From positions 898-64,897 of the forward strand of contig MFJJ01000010.1 of the NCBI GenBank assembly GCA_001780895.1: a stretch of 64,000 bases of DNA. Direction: 5' to 3'. Source of the stretch: Candidatus Gottesmanbacteria bacterium RIFCSPHIGHO2_01_FULL_46_14. Its GTDB lineage: Bacteria > Patescibacteriota > Microgenomatia > UBA10105 > UBA927. How positions within the stretch are numbered: position 1 is the stretch's first letter; every line of letters starts with the position of its first letter. Below are positions 17,644 through 25,056 of this stretch, in pieces. The notes below the pieces were generated by a model, which worked only from the letters and a program-made list of their open reading frames with translations, searched no databases and was not told the DNA's origin. A program made the translations under genes and the position numbers.

Positions 17644-18681
17644 ATGACACAAGATCTTCTCCTTATAATTTTTTCTATTCTTTTGGGATTTGGGGCACTT
17701 ATTTGGATTATCAGGCGCGAACTAGGCAAGCTTAGCGAGTCGAAGGATGATTCGACCTTAACAGAATGGCTCAAGTCGATGCAGATTTCGATTGAGCATA
17801 CCAATAAAACATTAAACGAAGCGATGCGCGGATCGACCAGTGACGTCGCAAAATTATTACAAGCAAATACGAAACAGCTCAACGAACGTTTGGATACGGC
17901 AGCCAACGTGATCGGCGATCTCAAAAAAAATTTGGGAGAAATGAGCGAAGTTGGCCGCGGTATCAAAAGCTTGCAGGAATTTCTTCAATCACCAAAACTT
18001 CGCGGCAACATCGGCGAACAGGTCTTGCAGGATATGATCGGACAGACGTTTCCGAAAAACTCGTTTCACCTCCAGTATTCTTTTAAGTCCGGCGTCAAAG
18101 TCGATGCCGTCCTCAAAACTGACGCAGGACTTCTCTGTATCGACTCGAAGTTTCCCATGGAAAACTTCAACGTGATGCATAAAGGAGAAACCGAAGCAGA
18201 TCGGGCACGTGCAAAGCGGGAATTTATGGCAGATGTCAAAAAGCACGTGAGCGATATTGCCAAGAAATATATATTGCCCGAAGAAGGCACGATGGATTTT
18301 GCGCTCATGTATATTCCCTCGGAAGGCGTCTACTACGAAATTGCCAACATGAATGAGCTCATGGAATTTGCTCGAAAGCAGCGGGTCTACCCCGTCTCCC
18401 CCAATACGCTCTACGCGCACCTTCAAGTTCTTCTTCTCAGTTTTCAGGGAAAAGATTTAGAACAAAAATCAAAACAGGTGTTTCAGCTGCTTCGCGCGAT
18501 ACAAAAAGATTACGGGAAGGTAGAAGAAAATCTCGGTGTTCTCGGCCGCCACGTCAATAACGCATATAACAGCATGAGTACGGTGACTTCAACATTCGGA
18601 CTTCTCGGCCAAAAACTCTCGCAAACCAACACGCTCGGAGACGGCAATGAAGAAGAAAGTCAGCTAAAAATAGAGGGATAA
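17644..18681 (+). CDS. rmuC: DNA recombination protein RmuC
   Basis: N-terminal TM, coiled coil, K.RGNIGE, IDSKFP, KKYILPEEGTMDFALMYIPSE. Confidence 0.92.
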   Translation: MTQDLLLIIFSILLGFGALIWIIRRELGKLSESKDDSTLTEWLKSMQISIEHTNKTLNEAMRGSTSDVAKLLQANTKQLNERLDTAANVIGDLKKNLGEMSEVGRGIKSLQEFLQSPKLRGNIGEQVLQDMIGQTFPKNSFHLQYSFKSGVKVDAVLKTDAGLLCIDSKFPMENFNVMHKGETEADRARAKREFMADVKKHVSDIAKKYILPEEGTMDFALMYIPSEGVYYEIANMNELMEFARKQRVYPVSPNTLYAHLQVLLLSFQGKDLEQKSKQVFQLLRAIQKDYGKVEENLGVLGRHVNNAYNSMSTVTSTFGLLGQKLSQTNTLGDGNEEESQLKIEG

Positions 18682-18695
18682 CGATTCCGTTGGAT

Positions 18696-18725
18696 ATGTT
18701 ACTATGTTTCGAAACAAGATAACAT
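18696..18725. repeat. palindrome A, copy 1 (degenerate right arm)
   Basis: ATGTTACTATGTTTCGAAACAAGATAACAT. Confidence 0.85.
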
Positions 18726-18728
18726 GAA

Positions 18729-19244
18729 TCATCGGAAGTATTCGTGTATCCACGATTCAATCGACAATGATCCATCATAGGAAATGACATGCTCATCAGG
18801 TGTTGGAGGTTGAAAGTTATCTGCAACCTCGGTAAAATCTTCGTCTCGAACATCATATCGTTCTTTGGTTTGTCTATTGCTTTGCCAACGTTGTCTTGCG
18901 ACTGACTCGGGAATGTTTACATAAATAACTATTGAATCAGTTCCGACTTTTTCAGCTATAGCACGGAGTTTGTCTCTTTGTTCTCGCGTAAAATTAGCCG
19001 TATCGTTGATAACTGTTCTACCCTCACGTAAACGTAGTTCTGTTCGTTCATAAGAAATTCGGTATGTTTCTTTCCAATCCTCATTGGAAATTTCATCATT
19101 GCTGAGTTCTCTTAAACCTCGTTCACTATTGATTTCATCCAAATCTACGCGAACCCACCCGAAGTGCTTAACGAGTTCGTTGGCAAGAGTTGTCTTTCCT
19201 GCAAATGGTAAGCCGCAAAATATAAGAAGCACAGTCTCGTTCAT
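18729..19244 (-). CDS. AAA_33-like P-loop kinase
   Basis: CGLPFAGKTT Walker A; VINDTAN....R. Confidence 0.85.
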   Translation of the reverse strand: MNETVLLIFCGLPFAGKTTLANELVKHFGWVRVDLDEINSERGLRELSNDEISNEDWKETYRISYERTELRLREGRTVINDTANFTREQRDKLRAIAEKVGTDSIVIYVNIPESVARQRWQSNRQTKERYDVRDEDFTEVADNFQPPTPDEHVISYDGSLSIESWIHEYFR

Positions 19245-19248
19245 GAGA

Positions 19249-19282
19249 TTATGTTACTATGTTTCGAAACATAGTAACATAA
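19249..19282. repeat. palindrome A, copy 2 (perfect 34 bp), probable operator
   Basis: TTATGTTACTATGTTTC|GAAACATAGTAACATAA. Confidence 0.95.
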
Positions 19283-19296
19283 GGCTGTAGGATTGT

Positions 19297-19737
19297 ATGA
19301 CGCAAATATCAAAATATCCTCTACGAAAAGAAATTGAGAATCGGATGCTTGAGGTTTTTCTTGATAGCATAGGGATGGTAAAAACCCGAGAACACGTCCA
19401 GAAACTCATTGATGATCTCTTCTCTCCTACCGAGCGCGTAATGCTCGCAAAACGCCTGTCTATAGCACTGTTGCTTCTTAAGAAATATGATCAGAGGACG
19501 GTAGCAAGAATACTCAACGTAAGCTTAGGAACGGTAAATAAAGTGAGCTTAGCGCTTCAGAAAGGAAATGGAGGGTATGAATTGGTCGTTAATTCTATAG
19601 TTCGACAGGAGAAATTTCACGCGTTTTTAGAGAAAATCGATGAAACACTCGTAGATATCGTTACCACGGGTCATTCTCTTCCTAATTGGCGTCGCGTGCG
19701 GTGGGAAACGAAAATCCGCAATCGAAAGCCTTACTAA
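19297..19737 (+). CDS. TrpR/YerC/YecD-like repressor
   Basis: DLFSPTERVMLAKRLSIALLL...RTVARILNVSLGTVNKVS HTH. Confidence 0.85.
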   Translation: MTQISKYPLRKEIENRMLEVFLDSIGMVKTREHVQKLIDDLFSPTERVMLAKRLSIALLLLKKYDQRTVARILNVSLGTVNKVSLALQKGNGGYELVVNSIVRQEKFHAFLEKIDETLVDIVTTGHSLPNWRRVRWETKIRNRKPY

Positions 19738-19740
19738 CAC

Positions 19741-19770
19741 ATGTTACTATGTTTCGAAACATAGTAACAT
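19741..19770. repeat. palindrome A, copy 3 (perfect 30 bp)
   Basis: ATGTTACTATGTTTC|GAAACATAGTAACAT, 3 nt after the stop codon. Confidence 0.95.
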
Positions 19771-19825
19771 AAAAATGTAAAGCATAGGAAGATAAGTTTT
19801 TTTTGATGAATGCTATACTTAAGAT

Positions 19826-20113
19826 ATGGCAGATATTACCCAGATGTGTACGAAATGCGGGAAGAAATTTTTGATAATTAGTCAGGAACAGGAATTTCTT
19901 AAAAAGAAAAATTTGCCTCTTCCGACGCTATGCCCTTCAGATCGACAGGCAAGGCGTCTTGATGACCGCGGAGAACGAACGCTATATAAAACAACTTGTC
20001 AGGAATGTGGCGCGAACATGATTGCCTCGTATGATCCCGCAAAAGAGAAGAGTAAAATTTTTTGTAAAAATTGTTACCGGAAGTATTTCGAAACACACGA
20101 GTTGGTATCATGA
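19826..20113 (+). CDS. double zinc-ribbon protein
   Basis: CxxCGKKF...EQEF...P..CP, CxxCG, CxxCY; TGCTATACT 6 nt before ATG. Confidence 0.75.
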   Translation: MADITQMCTKCGKKFLIISQEQEFLKKKNLPLPTLCPSDRQARRLDDRGERTLYKTTCQECGANMIASYDPAKEKSKIFCKNCYRKYFETHELVS

Positions 20114-21006
20114 CAGCTGAAGAATTTTACTCTCAGTATCTCGTTCTCAAACATTCTCTTCCCCAGTCTGCTACGCATAGTCATAGCAACGAAAACTCAG
20201 AGTATGTAAGTTACAGTTACCGATGCAAGAATTGTTACTATTGCTTTGATTGTGTCGATTGTAGAAACTGTTTGTATTGTTTCGATTGCGTACGCAGTAA
20301 CGATTGTCTAGATGGTGATTATTGCGTTGAGTGCGAGCAACTCTACGAGTCTGTTGATGCATATCGCTGCTACAACAGTGCGTTTCTCAACTACTGTGCA
20401 CGGGTTTATGACAGCTATTTTTGTCGCAATTGTTTTGACAGTCACAATCTTTTCGGATGTGCCGATCTCAAGCAAAAACAATATTGCATTTTTAACAAGC
20501 AATATACAAAAGAAGAATACGAAAAACAGGTTATAGAGTTATTGAAAATCGTACCCAAAGAGCATCTGAAAAAATTGAATGAACTCGCGAGTCAACATCC
20601 TATTGGTCCGACGTACGTCTCGAACTCCGAAAACAGTGACTATGGCAATCAAGTGCACTACTGCACGAGCTGTTATCTTTGTTTCGACACTGCTCGAAGT
20701 AATGACTTAGCATATTCATACGATACGGCATACTGTACAAATTCAATGGATTTGACATACTGCTACAAAGCAGAACTCTGTTACGAGTGTACCGATAGTT
20801 CAAAGATTTATAACTGTGATTTTATCGAGTGGTCGAGCGAGTGCTTTGATAGCGCGTATTTAACCAATTGCAAAGATTGCCATAATTGTTTTGGCTGTGT
20901 AGAAGTTGCGCATAAACGGTTTTGTATTCTCAATAAGCAATATTCGCAAGAAGACTATAAAAAGGTAGTTAGCGAAATTGTGGTTTCTAGACAAGCGGTT
21001 CACTAA
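20110..21006 (+). CDS. Cys-rich repeat protein (internally duplicated)
   Basis: Two units of ENS.Y...C..C..C...FGC.....K.(Y/F)CI.NKQY..E.Y; ATGA overlap with the upstream gene. Confidence 0.75.
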   Translation: MTAEEFYSQYLVLKHSLPQSATHSHSNENSEYVSYSYRCKNCYYCFDCVDCRNCLYCFDCVRSNDCLDGDYCVECEQLYESVDAYRCYNSAFLNYCARVYDSYFCRNCFDSHNLFGCADLKQKQYCIFNKQYTKEEYEKQVIELLKIVPKEHLKKLNELASQHPIGPTYVSNSENSDYGNQVHYCTSCYLCFDTARSNDLAYSYDTAYCTNSMDLTYCYKAELCYECTDSSKIYNCDFIEWSSECFDSAYLTNCKDCHNCFGCVEVAHKRFCILNKQYSQEDYKKVVSEIVVSRQAVH

Positions 21007-23173
21007 ATGCTTGTGCTTTTGCCTCAGCGACCGATGGTATGCCAGATTCTTCAAGCAGCCCAATCTCTTTTTCCACTTCAGATCTCGGACGTGCGAATCG
21101 CTCGCGGGACGTTCGCACGATATCGTTTGCAAGATCCTCGTCGGGTTTGGGGAAATTAAGCGTGCGGCCGGAAAACGGTGGAGCGGTTTGCCCATCGATC
21201 GTCATTTTTACGTAGAAATTTCGCATATCTAAATTGAGAAAATCTTTTGGCGAAAAGGTTGGCGTATATTCTTTTTCAAGAACTGCTGCGTCTTCGCCGC
21301 CGACGCGAAATGAAACAATACTTCCGATATTACCAAATATGGTGGAGCGGACTTCTTCCGGCAGTTGCATCATATACTGGTGCGCAACTGTGAGATTCAA
21401 GCGATATTTTCTGGCTTCCGAAAGAATATTCGAGAAAGCGCTTGTGGCGAAATTTTGAAACTCGTCGATATACAAGTAAGTATCTTTTCTGTCCTCTTCT
21501 GCTAAACTTGCCCGAGCAACCGCTGCTTGCCAAAGCTTGGTAATAAACATTGCACCCAGTAGCGCGCTATTTTCCTCGCCCAACTTTCCGATTGCAAAAT
21601 TGGCAATAAGAATTTTTTCGCCGTTTATGATTTCGTCGAGTTTAACAGAACTTTTTGTTTGACCAACAATATTTCTGATAATCGGGTTGGCGACAAATTG
21701 ACCGACTTTATTGATAATCGGCGTAATTGCTTCGCCGGCAAATTGCTCGTTCCACGACGAAAACTCCGTCGTCCAGAATTTTTTTACCAAGGGATCCTGA
21801 ATTTTGGCGATAATTTCCTGTCGATAGCGGATATCAGAAAGCATATTGGTAATGCCCAATACCGTTGCACCGGGAACATCAAGAAGTGCGAGCGTTGTGT
21901 AGCGAAGCACGTGTTCTAATCGTTGATTCCAGGTGAATGAAAATAACTTCTTAAATATTGCGATAAATCCAGCAACGACAGTTTGCTTAAACTCATACGT
22001 CCCTACTCCTTCGAGCGGATTGAAACTCATGGGGTAGTCAATATCAGAAGGATTAAAATACACAACGTCGTAGAGTCTCTCTCTGGGAATATAGCGAAGC
22101 ATTTCTTCGGAAAGATCGCCGTGCGGGTCCATGATGACGCAGCCTTTTCCCTGTCGAATATCAGCAAGAGCGAGAAGTTGGATGAGTTTACTTTTTCCGA
22201 CCCCAGTTTTTCCGATGATGTAGAGATGTTTTCTTCGATCTTCTCGCTTAATACCAAACTCCGTCGAAACTCCCCGAAAATTGGTGGTGGCAAAAGGAAT
22301 AATTGCGGGTTTGGTGGGCAAATTTATCGGCGGCTCGGCGGTTTTCGATTTGGCTACTGATACTTGCGCGATACCGGAGGAGGCTAGGGGCAAGTGATAC
22401 ATCGTTGCCAGTTCATCTCCTCCCAAAAGAAATGGTTTTGGCGAGGCGGTACGCTGCCGGAACGCATCGACTGCGCGGGGATTACTGCCACGCTTCCAGA
22501 TTTTGAGTGAGTTGAGATTTGGGTTATCGAGGATTTTAAAGAGTGCAGAAACTGATGAGGCGAGCAGTTCCGATTTTGTATCCGCGCTTGCCGCAATGCG
22601 AATTGTTGTCGAAAACAGCGATTTGTGCAATTTTTCTGTCTCCTTTTCCTGAAGTAGTTCCCGCATGGAAGAATTTTTCCTCATGCTTTGTCTCCATGAA
22701 GTGCGAAGCATTTCGCGAAATTTGAATGAAAGTGACTCATTGTTTACCGGGCTTACGATGACTTGAATGCCAATGAGGTCATTGCCGGAAATACTTGATG
22801 CCATTCCGGATAAAGCGGACAGAAAATCAGTTTCGAGTTCCTTATACGTTTTGATGGGATAGGCATCCGGCCGTTCTAATTTTAGGATTATCACGTGTGA
22901 CGAAAGAGAGAGCGAGCCGGTGTAGTCGGTAACCTCAACGATTTCGAGCGTTGGATACTGGGAAAATAACTGTCCGCGGACGATATCGACGTTGCTTCGT
23001 TCGGTGACGACAAAAAAATACAAGAATCCGCCGCGCACCACAATCTCAAATGAGAGTGTGGCGGGGTGATGGCGAAAAAGTTCGGAAAGCCCTGTAAATA
23101 TGGCCTCCGCTGCCACCGGCCCCCGGTCATTTTCCCTGGGGACTTTAAGATGCAGGACAACAGGCGCGTTCAT
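20987..23173 (-). CDS. VirB4/TrwB-like ATPase (type IV secretion DNA-binding family)
   Basis: DRRKHLYIIGKTGVGKS, DPHGDL, YIDEFQNF, LSEARKYRL..AHQY. Confidence 0.85.
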   Translation of the reverse strand: MNAPVVLHLKVPRENDRGPVAAEAIFTGLSELFRHHPATLSFEIVVRGGFLYFFVVTERSNVDIVRGQLFSQYPTLEIVEVTDYTGSLSLSSHVIILKLERPDAYPIKTYKELETDFLSALSGMASSISGNDLIGIQVIVSPVNNESLSFKFREMLRTSWRQSMRKNSSMRELLQEKETEKLHKSLFSTTIRIAASADTKSELLASSVSALFKILDNPNLNSLKIWKRGSNPRAVDAFRQRTASPKPFLLGGDELATMYHLPLASSGIAQVSVAKSKTAEPPINLPTKPAIIPFATTNFRGVSTEFGIKREDRRKHLYIIGKTGVGKSKLIQLLALADIRQGKGCVIMDPHGDLSEEMLRYIPRERLYDVVYFNPSDIDYPMSFNPLEGVGTYEFKQTVVAGFIAIFKKLFSFTWNQRLEHVLRYTTLALLDVPGATVLGITNMLSDIRYRQEIIAKIQDPLVKKFWTTEFSSWNEQFAGEAITPIINKVGQFVANPIIRNIVGQTKSSVKLDEIINGEKILIANFAIGKLGEENSALLGAMFITKLWQAAVARASLAEEDRKDTYLYIDEFQNFATSAFSNILSEARKYRLNLTVAHQYMMQLPEEVRSTIFGNIGSIVSFRVGGEDAAVLEKEYTPTFSPKDFLNLDMRNFYVKMTIDGQTAPPFSGRTLNFPKPDEDLANDIVRTSRERFARPRSEVEKEIGLLEESGIPSVAEAKAQAFSEPLV

Positions 23174-23219
23174 GAGCGTATTGTATCAGAACGCACTCAC
23201 ACGATGCTATAATTGCGCT

Positions 23220-23792
23220 ATGAAAAATATGCTTATTCTTCATGGTATTGGGGGAAGCTTTGGACTCAATTGGTATCAATATATCGCCAGAGAAGCTGAA
23301 GCTAATGGCTATAAGGTGTACGTCCCGCAATTACCATCCACAGATAGGCCGAATCTTAACGTCACGTACGAATTCTTACAAAAGACATCTTCTTTTGACA
23401 AGGAGACAATTCTTATTGGTCACTCATCTGGTGCTAGTTTGTCACTGGGGATTTTACAGTTGCTCCCCAAGGATATTGTAATTAAGCGTACGATTTTGGT
23501 AGCTGGATTTATTGACCCCAATCTTACACCCGAGCTTCACAAATATATTCCCCGGTCCGACTATGCTCATTTGTTTCCTAAAATGTGGGATTGGGACAAA
23601 ATTCGAAAATCTTCAAAAGATTTTATTATTTTTTATTCCCCTCAAGATCCGTTTATTCAGTCACGACATGCCGAGACTCTTGAAAAGAATCTTAATGGCA
23701 AACTAATCCTAGTTTCAGACGCGCTTCATTTTAGTGTTGCATCGGGTGGAGAACGATTTAGAGAGTTTCCAGAACTTCTGAAGTACATCTAA
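23220..23792 (+). CDS. RBBP9/YdeN alpha/beta hydrolase
   Basis: LHG...NW, GHSSG, DPF, HF; TGCTATAAT 6 nt before ATG 23220. Confidence 0.85.
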   Translation: MKNMLILHGIGGSFGLNWYQYIAREAEANGYKVYVPQLPSTDRPNLNVTYEFLQKTSSFDKETILIGHSSGASLSLGILQLLPKDIVIKRTILVAGFIDPNLTPELHKYIPRSDYAHLFPKMWDWDKIRKSSKDFIIFYSPQDPFIQSRHAETLEKNLNGKLILVSDALHFSVASGGERFREFPELLKYI

Positions 23793-25027
23793 TTTTTCCG
23801 GTAAATTTTTCCCGAAGACACTTCGTTAACTTCTTTGTAATTATTGTTGATGTAGGTTTGTATTTGAATGAGGTTTCGGAAATTTGAGGGGATGGGTTGG
23901 GGAATCACAATAATTTCTATATGTTCAGATTCCAGGCGATTGATGATTTGTTGTTCATAATCCGGAAAAAATTGCTGGAAGATTTGAAAGTGAATAGGAA
24001 AATAGGTCGGCGGGAGTTGGTCGCGAATCATATAGAGTTCGTAAAATTCACCGAAGACATAGAATTTTTTGTCAAGATAATATGCGACATTTGCGAGTGT
24101 TGCAACTCTTTTCGATTGATCCCGTTCTTTAGCAAGAACGCTATAGCGATAATTTATTTGTCTCGTGAGTGCGATAGATAATAGCAGGAGTCCTAAACCT
24201 ACGAATAGTTTGTATCTGCGTGATGCTGATGTAAATACCAATCCGATGAAGAGAACAAAAAAAGTCGCCATTGGTACGAGGTGTTCTTTACCATAGGTAA
24301 GACGCAGGAATACCAAAGAGACCAGCATAAACGTAAACGGCAAGATGCTTTTTGTGGCACGAGATCGAATTGCCGTATAGAGACTCAACAAAAGTACTCC
24401 TGACGCAGTCACGAGTATACGCTTATCCCCTATCGGAAGGCCTTCGTAGTATTTAAAAAGAAACTGATTAAACATAAATAAATCTGATATAAGAGGCGAT
24501 AGTCCTCCGATTATCCAATACGTTATACATACAACAACCCACATGAAGCCGGTGACCAGAACCGGAACGAGACTTTTTTTGTATATACCAATGGGCAGCA
24601 GAATGAGTACGGCAGTTGGTTTGATGAACGACGCTAGCCCTACAAGGAATCCAATCAAAACTGGGGATGATTTTTGTGTGAGCGCTCTATAGGTTAGTAG
24701 GTAAAATACGGTGATAACGCCTTCGTACCAAAAGTAATTTTCTGATACAAAGACAGATACGAGTACGAAAAAGACTGTCATGAGGTGGTTACGCAAAATT
24801 TTGTATACGAGAATGGTACTCAGAAGCTGGGTAAGTATGTAGAACGTATTTCCAGCAATGATGGTAAGCGCATAGGAGAGAAGAAACCCATGATTATCAA
24901 AAAAATCCCGATACGGTACCAACCCTTTGGAGACAAGCCAGGGCAGAAACGAGAGTTCAGGCCAGATGTGAATAGGCAGAGATAATAAAAAAGTGAGATG
25001 AACTAAAATAATTATCAGAAGAACCAT
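23789..25027 (-). CDS. GT-C-like polytopic membrane protein
   Basis: GLVPYRDFFDNHG motif; many TM segments; probable start ATG 25027. Confidence 0.65.
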   Translation of the reverse strand: MVLLIIILVHLTFLLSLPIHIWPELSFLPWLVSKGLVPYRDFFDNHGFLLSYALTIIAGNTFYILTQLLSTILVYKILRNHLMTVFFVLVSVFVSENYFWYEGVITVFYLLTYRALTQKSSPVLIGFLVGLASFIKPTAVLILLPIGIYKKSLVPVLVTGFMWVVVCITYWIIGGLSPLISDLFMFNQFLFKYYEGLPIGDKRILVTASGVLLLSLYTAIRSRATKSILPFTFMLVSLVFLRLTYGKEHLVPMATFFVLFIGLVFTSASRRYKLFVGLGLLLLSIALTRQINYRYSVLAKERDQSKRVATLANVAYYLDKKFYVFGEFYELYMIRDQLPPTYFPIHFQIFQQFFPDYEQQIINRLESEHIEIIVIPQPIPSNFRNLIQIQTYINNNYKEVNEVSSGKIYRKN

Positions 25028-25056
25028 TTTTCTGTTGGGAGTATAATGACCGAACC

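Noticed and set aside
18696-19770. Palindrome A copies as a CRISPR array, integron attC sites or dif sites
   Set aside because: The copies are about 500 bp apart with whole genes between them. No cas or integrase gene is present, the perfect symmetry lacks attC bulges, and the arm arrangement does not match dif.
20083-20096. Fourth copy of palindrome A (GTATTTCGAAACAC)
   Set aside because: Only the short core matches, inside coding sequence; compatible with chance.
20987-23173. Conjugative element/ICE
   Set aside because: The ATPase stands alone, without relaxase, mating-pair genes, integrase or att repeats; such proteins are common on CPR chromosomes.
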